Shown: positions 30,301-44,625, counted from the first letter of the stretch. The stretch is DNA of 64,000 nt from Convolutriloba macropyga (GCF_964194025.1 NC_134476.1:5270001-5334000), one strand, 5' to 3'. Made by a program: numbers and translations. Notes: a model not told the origin generated them from the sequence alone.

Positions 30301-33300
30301 TTGTCAACCAAATTAGAAAGTTTTTCCCGATATGTAGTATTGATATCAATTAGCCTAATTGTTGTAAAAAACTTGTTAAATAGTTTCATATTTGCAATAA
30401 TGATGACAAATGGATACCAAAGCATTCACAGCCAAGCGTATCAAACTATTCCTCCTCTGAGTTATCTGGGAAGAACTCCGGTTGCAAAAGCGTCCAGGAG
30501 AGGCTGTACGGAATTTAGTCCTGTAGCCGAAAACCCCGACGCTATCCTAGAAGCTATCATTAAAAATGGCATTAGAAATGCCATTACCGACATCGCGGCC
30601 CAAATGCAACAACAACTTGAAGCATCAACTGCACGTGCTGTCCAAGATTCCATGGCGACTTTTAAACAACAAGTCAAAACAGATTGTCCACCAGGAAAAT
30701 AGATGCTACTTGAAAACCCTGTCGGAAAGTGATGTGCACGAGTCGTACAACAGGCGAGATAATGTAAAAATTTTCAATCTCAAAATGTCCGAGGACAAAG
30801 AGTACAATGAGACTATTGAAAAAGTACTGGAAGTCATTGATCAAATCGAAGCAGTTGTTAAGGCTTCGGACATTTCAATTGCTCACCACCTGCCTGGAAA
30901 ACGCAATCCAATGATTGTCAAGTTCAATTGAAGGGTGGCAAAACTGGACCTTCTTAAGATCAAAAAGATACTGACAGAGGTGGACGACATGAAGTATATA
31001 AGTGTGGTCGAGATCACCAGACCCAGATTGAACTTCTTGAACATTATGCAAACTGACAACCGCATCAGAAGTGACTAGGTGCGTGAAGGAGCACTGCACC
31101 ACATGTGGAACAACACTCCAGTTCACAAAATTTTCGGGTTGTATGAAGGTGGCTCAGTGCTTAAGTACCTCCTCTTTGACGTCCTTGCCTGTTTCAAAGG
31201 TGTTTTTCCCCAAACAAAAACTCACAAGTCTCTTGAACCCCTCCACAAAACCCTACCCTCCCGTGATCAACCCTCTACATCTCAACCCACCGAGTTAATA
31301 TCTGTTTTGCATTTAAACATCCGCTCAATCAAGAACAATCTGCTGGAATTGGAAACTTTTATATGTGGACTTGAATCACTTTTCAAATCATATGCCTTAC
31401 GGATACACTTAGACGATGATGCTCATACTTTTAATTTTCTTTAGGCTGTTTACTCCAACATTGAGGTAAAAAATCGTGACAAATTTGGCGGAGGGGTGAT
31501 GATTCAAGTCCATGAGATTGTGACGATAAATAAAACCTTGCAAATTCCATTCGAGGAGGCAATATGTGTTGAAATTAACAGCCAATCATACACATTTAAA
31601 ATCTTGGTGATTTACAACAAACCTAGAACTAACAAAAACCAGTTCATTGAGTTACTTGATGAATATCCGCAAGGTAATACATCTGCCACAAACCCTTTTA
31701 TAATATGCGGGAATTTTCACATCAATACAAAACCTCAGAAATTGATTAGCAAACTACGTCGATAACAAATGCAAACGGCTTCAGTCTGTTCGATAGAGAG
31801 ACTTGTCATTCATCAACCTGCTTAAATCACTTCATCTACCAATATATTCCTTCATTTACATCAAATATCCTGTTCCATGAAAACATCGCAGACCATTATC
31901 CTATTCTAGCTAGTTAGTCGGCCAACGACCTCGATCACTGACGCTCAGTGTAAATTGCGAAATACAAAAACTATTCAAGATGAATCTCTGAGACAGCTCT
32001 TCCTGCAGGAACACCTATGTCTCAGGGAAGTTGAAATATTAAGTAGTAGTGATCCAAGCAGTGCTTTTGAAATCTATAACTCGAGTTTTATTAAGGTCTT
32101 TGATAAGTTTGCCCCAATGCAAAATGAAAAGGAAATCAAATCAAAATAACAAACCTAAATGGTGGACAAATTCCTTGAAAAACTTAAAACCAAACGTAAC
32201 AAAGCTCATAAAAATGGAAAAGTAACCCCAATAACCAAGATTATCTGGCGAATTTCAAAATCAGCTAAAAATTTTGAAAACGCATACAAAAAAACCAAAA
32301 AAATCTTACTATGCAGAGAAGTTTAATTCTTGCATTGGTGATTCACGACAAAATTCTCATTTACCTAATGAAATCAGTGGCAGAAGTTCGCGCTCAAAAA
32401 GATTCCTATTCTATCCTCTAGTTAAGAAGTGAACCAGTCATCCTCTCTCGTTGACGTGGCAGAAAAGTTCCATCAAAAATTCGTAAATGTACCTAAAACT
32501 ATTCGTCATTCGATCAATAACGTGCCTCCTATTCCCATTCCAGACAATGACAAGTCTTTATATTTATACTAGGTCTCAAAGTTTGAAGTTGAAGAGCTCA
32601 TTGAAAGCTTAGCTCACAAAACATCATCTGGTGATGATGGCTGAAGTAATACAAGAACTAAATTATCAGCCTCTGTTACGGTTCGCTTCATGACACACCT
32701 TATTGAATGTTCCTTCATACATGGACTCTTCCCCGAATCGCTCAAGAATGCAGAGATACTTCCTCTGCACAAAGAGAGCAGTAAGTTAGAAGAAAAAACT
32801 ACCGCCCTATTTCACTTTTAAATGTATGCAGTAAAATCTTTTAATGAGCTATGTATACAAGGTTATACAACTTTTTTGAGCGATTCGGTCTCGTCTCACC
32901 CTGTCATTTCGGCTTCGGAAACAAGCATAGCGCCATCGATGCTTTAGTTGAGTTAACGGAGAAAGTAAGCGAAAACAGGAATAATAAGAACATAAAAGGC
33001 TTCTTTTTGGATCTACGGAAGGCGTTTGATACACTTGATCACACAATTTTACTTTATAAATTAGAAAAATACGGAATCAGAGGTAAGGTTTTGTGTTGGT
33101 TGAAATCTTATCTTGGGAGCCGAATGCAAAGAGTCGAAATCAATTGCATGTCCTCGCAATGGTTAAAAGTACAACATGCAATACCACAAGGGTCTATACT
33201 AGGCCCCCTGCTTTTTCATATCTACATAAATGACCTACCAATCCATTGTAAACAAGCTCAAGTCCCCCTTTTTGCAGATGATACAAACCTTACGTTTTCT

Positions 33301-33678
33301 AATAACTCCTGAGAGGATGTGCAAAGAAATTGATAAAGTTAAACACTGGCTAGATGCTAATAAACTTTGTTTGAATGTTAAAAAGACCATTCAAATGAAC
33401 TTGAACTCAAGCGAAAATAGGTTTGATATTGATAACAAGTAAATTTCCATTGCGCTCGTATGTAAAAATCTCGGCAATTGAATTGATTTCAAAATTTCCT
33501 TTGTCTCTCATTTATCGGTGCTGAAATCGAGACTCTCGAAACAATGTGGTATTATTTCAAAACCTAGGCATTATGCCCCGCGTAACAAGCTCATTAATTA
33601 TTATAAAACGAATGTTATATTATCCAATATGCCAAACTAGTCTATGAGTGCATTAGCTATAGCAACCTGTTGCCCATT
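30301..33678 (+). mobile_element. Decayed CR1/L2-group LINE, 5' part (ORF1, APE endonuclease, RT)
   Basis: ORF1 ESYNRRDNVKI...ISIAHHL; APE LHLNIRSI, DHYPI; RT LDLRKAFDTLDH, PQGSILGPLLF, FADDT. Many stops and frameshifts; 5' boundary approximate. Confidence 0.9.
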
Positions 33679-34401
33679 ATACTAGAGGGTATGGGGGTGC
33701 GAGGTTTATCTTAAACTTCTGGCTCGAGAGTCGTACTCCAAGTATACGCTATCTTCTTAAACCTGATAGGTCTCATAAAAATATTTAATGATCTAAGTAA
33801 GTAAAGTTGACTAACTACTCTTGTTATAAGATTTATATGAGCTTTATAGAAATTTAACATAGATAAAATTACAGCTCAAGTTGTATTTAAATTTAAATTT
33901 ACAATTAAATTTAAATTTAAATTTAAAATTACAGCTCGAGTTTAAATTTAAAGTTATAAAAGTTAACTTATAAAGAGAAGGTCGGAAAAGTTAGTACAAA
34001 CTTTACTAACCTGAAGTTATTATCAGTTACTATTTATCTCTTCTTGAACAAAGTTCTGATTTGGATAATATCTCTAACTATTCTTTTATCGTAATAGTTG
34101 AGAAAAGGGTTTGGCAATTTCACTTTGAATTACTTTAAATTCGAAATTGCTTTCTCAAGTTGGAGATATTAAATTCTCAGTGTCTCTGAGTTATTAATTC
34201 TTAACTTCTCAAATGTTGTACTTTTTGCTTTGGTGTATATAGTTTTTATGACGGGATAATTCCTTTGCTGTTAGCTACACGGTAAAATGTCCATTGGACA
34301 TTTTACACAATGTGAATGGTTCAGCTAATTGCGTCATTAATTTTGAAATGATGTAATTTGAATACTTAGCTATGTAAGAATTAACTTGTACTTCAGTACA
34401 T
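33679..34401 (-). repeat. 3' LTR
   Basis: Direct repeat of 44699-45390, with substitutions and indels. Confidence 0.93.
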
Positions 34402-35109
34402 CCCGACCTGGTCTAAATGTAAATTTAGGTATAAATTTAAAGGTTTACAGTTACCGATGAAATAAGTTTTTTTCTCCCCGGCGAAAAATTCTCGTTGCCT
34501 CGAAGGTCGCCATGTCGGTAGTCTCTTAATTCTCAGCAGGCTTTCGTTGCGCTGCTGGAGCTGATAATTCTTATAACGCTCTTTGAGATAGATTTGTTCG
34601 AGATTTCGAATATAGCTGTTCTCTGAGCTTTCTAAGCTTGCAGTTAATAATTGAAACGGCACGGAGAGGACTTGTTTGTCTATACCTAAAATCTTTGCTC
34701 TGTGGGTCATTATTTTTGGATTATAGGATACCAGTTTGTAGAGATTAGCATGGTTTTGCAGTTTGTAATTGAGGGAAGTGTCGTACTTGGGGTGTCCTTT
34801 GAAGTTAGGACTTGAGACTAGTTCCTCGGTTTTAATTTGCCTCCTAATTTAGTCGTGTACCGTAAGGGGTTTTGGTAGAATTGCTGCTACTGGTGGTTGA
34901 AATTGCGAGGGTCCTGATTGTGGCTGTTGTTGAGGTTGCTCTGATGGTTGTTGAATATTTTGTTGCTCGTGTAATTGCTGTTCCTCGGTTATCAATAAGT
35001 ATAGTTCTATGATGTCGATCGGAACTTTCGATGGAGGCTGATCGATGGAGAAGAAGGTCGTTGTCGTCTAGTGCTATGTCTTAAAAAAATTATAAGTCTT
35101 TTATAGGTG

Positions 35110-37033
35110 TAATTAGTTACATATAATTACACTGGAGAGGTGCGGAAATCATCATTGTTAGATTGATTTTTTCTCTCTTGTCTAATTAAAAGTAGCTGAT
35201 AGTATTACTTTTCCAAAACTCACTGAGGCTCCTGTAATTTTATGTATTTGTAGCGCGCGTATGATGCAAACTACAATGTCAATTATAAATTTGACAAAGA
35301 AGAATATAGCGAAAGTACTTCCGCATTGCTCTAAGTAATAAGGTACTCGGTCGAAGGCCTTTATATACCGGTTATGTAAGAACTCTGACGAGATTAGAGT
35401 CTAAATATATTGTCTTTGTAGTGCAGTAGTTGCTATAATCACTAGGCTGGCTTTTGCTACGTTGAATTTTAACTAATTTTATTATTACAAATAATTTATT
35501 ATTTTCAATATCTAGTTGAAAAAGATTCTTTTGCTTGTTGTTACATGGTTGTTGTTTAGCAGTAGTAAAAGTTTGCCTGTAAAACGGATCGATAAATCTG
35601 AATTTTATTTTATATAACAAAGGTATTCTATCATAACAAGTATCCATTACTTTTAATGGCGAATAAAATTTCTGACACTGATAGAACCAGGCTACATTGC
35701 CATTTGTCTCAAGAAACATAGATCTGTTATTAGTTACCAGAAAACCAGCCAGTTTAGGGCTGAGACGCGAATAAGCAAGATAAGTATTTTTCAGTGAATG
35801 TTCTTGTTCACAAATTTGCTGTATAGTATTTATTTCAGTGAGTTGTGGCTTTCGGAAATTAGTGTACTGATAGTAGTCGAATTTAGTATGTAAGTGCGCC
35901 TCATAATCTATCTCTGTTCTTGATATATTAAGCGAAATTAGTGAATTGTTCGGGACTTTAGAAATTCTACTCACAGTAGGTAGAGGTTCGAGTGCCTCTC
36001 CTATATTCATATTGAATCCGCCTGAAAATTCAACGTATAGTTTGTCGTATGGTGAGGGATAAACTATTTTATTGCTATTCCATAGCGATTGAGATTTATT
36101 TTACACTTGAAATAGAAAGCTTTGTTCTTTCTCTGATTCTCTAGAGATGTAATAATTATCTCCTATTTTTATCATTTTGCCTTCAAATTGTTCTCCTATA
36201 GCGAACAAGCAACTATCTTGTTTCTCCCAAGTGTAAGCATGGGGGTCGGTTGAAGTGCTTTGACAACCGCCTTCTGAAAATGTGCAAGGCAGGGGAATAT
36301 TTTGACAGTTATTTACTGATCCTCACAGCAGGTTAATATTTAAAGTTGTATCCTGCATATACGTTTCAAACGTATCGTGAATTATCCAGCCAGAATCGTC
36401 ACAGTCATTTGGATTTTCCCCAATAATTGGACCGGAACTTTTAATGTAAGTTGTCCTTACATTTAATTTAATCGGAACTTCTTTTCCGTTAATATTTAAC
36501 TTATTAGTTAATCTAGCCTGCCTAAACAGATCTGGGTTAAATCTACGTGTGTGGTGATTTTACGTTTTGCATCAATCCCACTAGCGTCGAATACGCAGCA
36601 ATACCACCTAATGCTTTGGTGGCTTGCTCTACACATAGTGGTTTCTAGTTTGCCTCTAAAGAAACGGTTGAAAATTTGTCCTTTGACGTTTGAAATTTCA
36701 ACATTTTGCGGTTCAAATTTACAAGGAGCGACTTTGTTTAGTGAGTCCATAAGTGAATAATCGTAGTGAGCAACTTTTAATGATGTTGCAGTTTTTGCAT
36801 AAGGATTGGTGAGCGGATTTTAAATCTGAGGCTAAGTTTGAGCTAAGAATATTGAGATTTTCACAATTTGCACGGGACATAGATAAAATCAAAGTTATGC
36901 TCACAAAAAATTTTGTGATATTATCTATATGTTTATTTCTACATAGCAGAAACAGAAATATAAGAAGACTAACCTCATTGAAATTCCTTCTTGGATTTTC
37001 GGTTTTTATTACCTCTCCCTCCTCGGGGAACAA
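35110..37033 (-). pseudogene. Envelope glycoprotein, chuvirus-G/class III fusogen-like, disrupted
   Basis: Hydrophobic leader, Cys-rich ectodomain (QQICEQE...SPKLAGFL...GNVAWFYQC...CYDRIPL...FIDP), TM segment FAIFFFVKFIIDIVVCII near 35260-35320. Confidence 0.75.
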
Positions 37034-38298
37034 GAGGAACAGAGATTCAATTTCAGTATTCCTTTGTGAAAATGAATTCTAGAGTGAATGTGGTTTGGAG
37101 TGTGGATAAAAGATTCAGAAGAATGAATCGATTTAATTTAGTTGACACTTTATAGTGTTCTCAATAGCAATTTGTCCTTTCGCATGGATGGCAAAACACT
37201 GGTCTCTGATTGGTTAATTATTCCAACGTCATTTTGGATGGGAGGATTTTTGAATTTTGATTCAAGTATTTAAATGGAAATATTGAGTGCGGGTTACTAT
37301 TCGTCCAACTGTTGAAATATTCCATTCTGATTGGACAGAGCGAAAAAAAATTCACTGTTGGGAATATATTTCTATTTCTCTATAAATAGAGAAATTTTCT
37401 GAGTGTAATACTAGTCTAAATCTAATAATAATGTACAAAACTGTATTAAACCTGTTTAAAGAGACGAATTACTTTGCCTAAGTGCGCTTAGATTTGGAAT
37501 TACATGCCAGAGAGATGAGATTAATCCTCTCTTAGCAATATATATCTACTCAAATTGTCCTCTCTGAAGAGGAGTTTTATTCGCTGCAAGTTGCGCAGGA
37601 ACATTGTATAAAAAATAAAGAGAAAAATATAAGACATGCTAATATATGTCCTGCTACTATGCAGTATCTAAAAGGTTGGTTGGGGGAAGAGGTAAACTTC
37701 CTAATTTACAGTTCCGCAGGAATAGTATAAATAACAAAGAGAGAAATATAATAAGACATGCTAATATGTCCTCCTACTGTGCAGTATCTAAAATGTTGGT
37801 TAGGGGAAGAGGTAAACTTCCTAATTTATAATTATTTTTGGAAATATCGTGGGGTATAAATCTTTTTTTGAATTTTAATTCTAGCGTAAGCTAACAGCAC
37901 CGAACCCGGAGTGCCATGAAGCAATGATGAACTATGTATATGAGCTTTGGCGGGTGTGGTGGACCCCTGAGACAGCAAGAGCTGCCCAGAAACTATATGG
38001 TTTGGCTGCTCTCCTGGGATGTGGGCTTCTCTCTAGAGACTTGACTCTAACCCGAGAATTCATTAAACTAATTAAAGTTGCCAGGGCTCGATTATTATAA
38101 TTTTTGTGATTTTGGTTTTAAATATTTTTATAAATTGAATATTTTATTTTTGTAGTTTTTGGATATTTAAAAAAAATTGCATAAATGAATTATTTCTTTT
38201 GAACTTTGGGAATAAAATCTGATAGAATTGTATTCCCATAGCGTTTAGGTTCAGTCTGTGTTCTCTGCGGTCTGACATCAGAATATGTTTGGTGAAGA

Positions 38299-39800
38299 TT
38301 AGGTTTCGTTTTTACTGGGTGGGGGTTGAACTAATGATACGGCTAAATGTATGAGAATTGGATGTAGTACTTTGTGAACTACTTTGGGGGGTAAACAAAT
38401 TTCTGATATGTAGTATACTTTCACTATCGTTTCTATTTGTTTTGTATGGGCAGTTAGGCGCACTCCGGCACGTGCTAACAGTAGTTGAGTATTCAACTGG
38501 TTGCGGTGATGTTGTTCAGCCTGATTATTTGCGTTGTTAAAAATAGGCCACGGCATATATTCCGGGTTATCAATTGTTTGGTGATTAAATCTGTTTATTG
38601 AGTACTGGCTGAACCTATCATAGTAGGCCTTTGAATCATCATAGTTAGTACTATAGTCCTCTAACTTGTCTATTTCTTGTTCTTTAGGAGAGTATTCTAC
38701 TAAATGATTTCTCTGCACTACTTTCTTTTGTTCAGTCGAGTCGTGAACAATTTCAAATGTGTTAGTAATTTGTTTAGTAACAGTATAGGGTCCAGAGCGT
38801 AACTCTAGTAGCTTTTTGGATTTCAATAATCCTTTAGCTTGATTTTCTAGTAATACTTTAGGACCGATTTTGATCGGTTTACCCAATTCAAAACTGTTCC
38901 TATACTCGGGTGCTTTATTTGTAATTTGCCGACAGCGAGTACATGTTTTACTATATATATTTTTGAATTCGTTCTCGCGTTGTAATATAGTACTAGACAA
39001 TCGATTTTGTAGCTTATCTACTTTTCATTTCTACAGGAATTTTCACAGTGAGTATGTAATGGAAGGTCTGTACAATACTCTGAAATCCAATTCCTTCTAT
39101 TATCACGTAGTAAGCCAAGCTTGAGGAAATTGGAATTTGCGGTTTAATACCGAATACTATCTCGTACGGAGTATATCCTGTACTGTAGTTTATAGCAGTA
39201 TTATGCGCAAAAGCAAATTTATTTGTAAGACTAGCCCAGTTAGATCCGGTGTCGTTAATAAAGCTGCGCAAATAATTTGCTTTTCAACCTTGACGTTTGT
39301 CCAAGGTGAGTATGAAGTCCGCGGTTTTAATGTACTTCCAAATTCGTGCGTCCAGTGCACAAAATCATTACTCAAAAAGGCAGTACCGTTGTCATGTACT
39401 ATTTGCTGGGGAATTACGAACCGTGTAATGTATTTTTCTATTAATTTAACAGTTTCTGGTGCATCAGCGGTTCTTGATGGACATACATGTATAAAGCTGG
39501 AGAAACTATCTACTATGAGTAGACCAAAATTTCTTTTGGTTGCTACCAGGCCTAAGTGGGCTTTTGTGGTCTATGTGTATAGTATGAAATGGGGTTGTGT
39601 CTAATTCTCCGCACTGTTCTAAGGGTGCTTCGTTCAGATCATGTCTTTTTGGTTTATTTTTGGCAATCTAAGCAGTTATGAACCAGCATTGTAATCCATT
39701 AGTACATTCCGGGCCAAAAAATGAATCTACTAATATTGTTAAATGTGCATGTGTCTCCACGATGCCCACTGAGCGGATTATTGTGTGCTAACTCAAAGCA
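38299..39800 (-). pseudogene. Gypsy integrase, disrupted
   Basis: AHNNPLSGH zinc-finger start, DNGTAF, YSPWTN.KVE, TGYTPYEIVFG, GPYTV (GPY/F). Confidence 0.88.
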
Positions 39801-40649
39801 TTCCATAAATATTGATAGTGGAACACATATTTTTGGATCGTATAAACCGTTCTCGTCTGGTTTATTGTAACATAGTAAGTCATACTGTTCCTCAAGTAGT
39901 AGAAGGTTAAATATTTTTGGATGCGCGTAGTCCTTTACAATGCTTAATTTTACTTGCGCTCGGCAGTTCTTTACCTGCCTTTAGCCATTGGCGAACGGTT
40001 GCTAAAACCAGATCATTTATTTGTTCGCGCAGGATTGTATCTGTGTCTAGTTGAGCTTGTTTAGTGAACTCTGTTAATTTTGGTAGTAAGTCTTTACAAG
40101 ATACTTTAACTACTTCTGTATGCAGAGTTGTCGGTTCTAAAATGTCACATTTCTGCGTACGTTGCTTGTATTCCTCCTTCGCTTGTTCTGGTTCTTGTAT
40201 TAAAGACATCTACATTTCCTTTTTGAAATTCTAACAAGACTTCATCATAAAGACCGTCGTCTATTGCATGTACCTCTTCGGGTAATTCTTCGTATGTGTG
40301 ATCGTTAAGCCTTTCTGTAGATACATATTCGGAAGACATCTTTCTGATTTGATTTATTTGTCGTCCATATCTGAACGAGTCTGCAATGTTGTATATTGCA
40401 CTGCATGTCTGTTCTATGTCATCGCTTGCGTCGTTATTACTAAAGTCTTCGTCGGTTATATTTACTAATTTCTTTTTTTTGTCCGGGTATAAGTGCAATT
40501 ACCGGATAAATAGTATTTGGTGGTGCATTCTTTTCGTCACAGTGTAGTACCGAAGAGTTTATCGGTTTGTAGTCCGATGTGCAGAAGAGAATGTCCTTTG
40601 GGACTGTTTTATGTTCAATTTGAAACTTTCTTGCTTCTTCTTGTGGAAC

Positions 40650-41950
40650 TTGTCTACTAAGTAAGTCGGGGAAAGCAAGGTTTTTACCTTCAGTGTATAC
40701 GATCTTTACATTCTGAAATTAAGTGAGCACGACTTGGTACTTAAAGAATCTATGTAATAGTTATCCGCGCCGAGACCATAGAAATATAGGACTCTGATCA
40801 CAAAATAAGTATATTGGGTAGGGGGAGCCTATAATATACAACTCGTATGTTTGTAATGCATATATTATTCCGCGCAACTCTCTGTGCTGTGGGGACATCT
40901 TTCGTTCCGTTTTACTATATACTCGTGAATTTTCAGAAACAATTCGTTTGCCTTCGGGAAACTTGTATTAATATACTACCAGTCCCTTAATAAGAAGAAT
41001 CAGCGAGTATATGAAAGGGGTACTTTGGGTTAGGAGTAGCAACGGAAATATCGTGTGCAAATTTTGCTTTTAATTTATCGATTACTTGCTGGTGGCTATT
41101 CAGCCATTCGAAATTTGTTTCATTCTTGACTAAATTTTATAGTGGTTTTGCGTCAATATGATAATTTATAACATAATTTGCATAAAATCCCACTGCCTCT
41201 AATACGCTGAGGACGTCGGTTTTTGATTCTGGTGTTTCTCAAGTTTTGTATATCGGCAATGCGGGAGGTGATTGGGCTAAGTCCCTTTTGATATTGCATG
41301 CCTGAAAATTTTAATTTTCATAGGAATTTTATTTCATCCGGCGCAGCTTTTAAATTTGCTTTACGTAGTAGTGCATGATATTCACGTACTGCTGTAAACA
41401 TTTCTTGTTTATCTTGTGCTTGTAGTAGTGTACCGTCAATATACTTAATAGCTTACTTTTTCTTTAAGTGGTCCAAATGCATAACGCATAAGTTCGTTAA
41501 AAAAGTCTGGAAGGGGCTTAAGCCGTAGAATCCGACTTGAAATGCATATTGACGACCGCCTACAAAAAAACTAGTTAATTTCTGGGTTTCTTCTGTAAGT
41601 GGTTCTTGATGATAAGCGCACGACAAGTCACTACTTGTAAAATATGATCCATTTACTCGAGTCATCAAACTTGTAGTGGCTCGAGCGGCCAGGTAGAGTT
41701 ACTTGTATCTGTAATCGAATTGAGATAGCGAGCATCAATTACAAGTTTTACATAATCGTTCTTAGGCATTATAATAATTTGGTCTACAGACAGCTATTTA
41801 AATCGTCGTGCTCATTTAGCTCGCGTATTCGGCTTGTATTAATTCGTCCATTAATGCTTCAACTTCTCATGCAAATGTAGGGGGACTTTTCTGGGACGTT
41901 GCCTTTTAAATTCGCAATCCCTTTTAAAAGGTATATGAAGTCTCTGCTTT
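40650..41950 (-). pseudogene. Gypsy reverse transcriptase and RNase H, disrupted
   Basis: LVIDARYLN, FTSSDLSCAYHQ, YIDG (degenerate YxDD), RELRGIIYAL. Boundaries approximate. Confidence 0.85.
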
Positions 41951-42351
41951 ATACGCCCGATACCATATTTGTGATGGGAGTATACATACTCATCATCTAG
42001 CAGGATTTGTAATAGTTCTCTGAATTCATCATCCGTTAAATCACTGCGTGTGAAATCGAACATTTTAAGATACTGGATATAGTGCGCGTAGTTTTTACTT
42101 GCATCTTTTGGTCGTGTATTGAGTCCTTCTTGAACAACTTTACGAATAATGAAGTGATTTTGCTCAGTTGTTCTGAACTTGGGGAATTGTTCAATATTAG
42201 CGGGTTTGCATAACGTCTTTGCATCATTTGAGAAGTCAGTTGCTATTTCAGTATCGTTTTTACATTTGTCTACAATTTCATCACCAACCATTCCAAATAT
42301 CTCTTCGATGCTTTCATTTGTGTATTGTGTAGAGGACGGTATTTGGTTGAT

Positions 42352-42723
42352 TTACGCTTTACTCACATAAACATATACTATAATTCCCGAAGAATTAAAT
42401 ACATTGTATAGCAATGCAGATATCTCAGACCAGTCCACTTTGTCTAATCCGCATGCGATTTTTGGCATAGCTATACATCTAATGTTCTGCATTAGAAGCA
42501 CATTGCGAAGTTCAAATAGTGCAGTTGTAATACTTTCAATTGTCGGTTTACTATTATATTTTTCTTTAGTTATTAGACTAAAGATTTGGTGTCCGAGGCT
42601 AGGAGCAATGTACTGTAATACATTTTGGTTTATAGTATTTCCGTCACGATCGTTAACTTCTACTTGCCACTTACAAGGTTCTTTCAAGTTGGGAAACTTT
42701 TTACACAACATGACTGCAAAGCC
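42352..42723 (-). pseudogene. TARG1/OARD1-type macrodomain (ADP-ribose glycohydrolase-like) within Gypsy pol; N-terminus lost
   Basis: IFSLITKEKYNSKPT...IAMPKIACGLDKVDWSEISALLYNVF matches the OARD1/TARG1 pattern IYYLITKK...KPT...LSMPRIGCGLDRLQW...VF. Confidence 0.88.
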
Positions 42724-42998
42724 TTGTATAATCAAGATCAACCTACTTGTATAAACACCAAAATACTGAATACTGTTTTAACTGTATTTTTGTGCGGTAG
42801 AAAAGAAGTGCCTTTTGGGTAACATAAATCAGTATTTTGGTGTTTATACAAGTAGATTGATCTTGCTTGTATACAAATTGGTTGACTCAGAATTATCGCC
42901 TCTACTTCTGATAATTGTGGGTACTGTTATTCGTTATTCAACGTTCCATAACTGATTACTCCTGCGTGTTCTTTTAATTCTAGAGCAGGAATATCGAA

Positions 42999-44625
42999 CT
43001 ACAGAGCTTTAAAGAAAATATGACAGAAATCAACACCGACCAGGCTAGATGTTCCTTCCTGTGTAACCCGTACCTTATAGTTGGCTTCAATCTTTCTGTC
43101 TGTGTCAAAGTATGCGGTTACTGTAGTATGGCCTAGCATGCGAATATGGGATCCATTATAGGATTTTGTTATTTTTATTGCGGTGAATATCCTTATGCCA
43201 GGATTGAGTTTTTGCATTTCTAAAAATGTAGGGTAATTTATTATTGTACATGTCGAGCCTGGGTCGATTAGATACTCAAATTTCCTAATTACTTAATTAC
43301 TCAATTAATTACTTTTATTTATGTCTCCGATGGTGAAATAACACATATTTAATTAAATCCTAGATTTTGGATTATTATTTGTACTAACTTTCATAGTAAC
43401 CACTACTTGATGCTTGGAGTGTGCGATTGGGGGGATAGGAGCGTTGATAATTTTGATGTTCACGTTCATAATATTGTCTCGCTTCAGTTTCATGCGGACC
43501 AAATTGGTTGTTTTGGGGAAATTTTTGTTCATAGGATCTAATATTATTATTTATATAGTGTTTATTTCCATATCTGCGGTTGTCATGTCCACTATTAGTA
43601 TTATTTGGACGATTTTGGTTATTGAAATACGGCTTCCTGTTAGGTTGTTCCTTCACTATTGTTTTTTCTTTCTCCTTAGTAAGTTCTCTTTTCATTTTTC
43701 AAATCATTCATCAATCCTGCGTTTAGAGCAGTTAGAAAGGGAATGTCCATGATTACGTCAATAGTTACAAAAGCGTGTGTTATTCGGTCGGCCTTTTACG
43801 TTGGGGTCTTTAAGGGGCTTGGAGTTAATAGCTCTAACTTCGTTATTTCTAATTAGGCTAGTCAGTTCTTTGATTTGTGCTTCAAGGCTACTAATTTTAT
43901 CATTTGTTTGTTTGACTGTGCCGTCCGTGCTAACAGTAAATGTTAAGTCTTTAGTTATTAAGTGGTTTTGTATTTCGTCCCATGTTTTATCCGGATTTTC
44001 TATCCTATATTCATGCGCTTTGCGTTTAAGTGAGGGGGGTTGTAAACCTCTTATAGCAAAGTCAATATACTTTTGCTCCCTTTGTCTCTGCTGCACTGTT
44101 CTTTCAGTGGCAATTTGGCCAGGATCAGTTAATCGTGCGGATATTTTTTCAGGCCATCCTCAATCAACAGCATGCTTAATTCGGTGGAAATAATTTTTAA
44201 TTAGTTGCACCTTCAAACTCAAGTCGATATTTGAACTGCTCACGGCTATCTGTGAACCGATTTATGAAATCTCATTTCATTTGATCAAGAGTTCTTGTGG
44301 GGTTACTAGCATTGAACCACTCTAATGCGGTTTCTGCCAGTAAGGATCCAAATAGCGCTCTGCGTCTATTTTGGTGATTTGCTAATGCGGCAGCATCTGT
44401 AGGTAACGTTGTACCCAAAGAGAAGTTTATTTTTTGTTCTACCGAACTCAAAAATTCATTTGCGTTTTGTCTGGGTCATTTCCCGAGAATGTAACAAGTG
44501 GCATATTCGGATGAGAGAGAGGGGTATTAGTAAGTGTTCATACTATTGTAGCGGTACCGTTTGTTCCAGTACCAGTGCCACCAGTACCGGTGCAACTTCC
44601 TGTTCCTCCGCCTTAGGGCGTTAAC
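42999..44625 (-). pseudogene. Gypsy gag and aspartic protease, disrupted
   Basis: CCHC-like FCNY*RNHGHSLSNC near 43740; YLIDPGSTC (degenerate DT/SG) near 43260; LVGVDF. Confidence 0.8.

Noticed and set aside
37600-37830. ~110-bp direct duplication in the IN-env spacer
   Set aside because: Two copies only, in a decayed non-coding spacer; no evidence of function.
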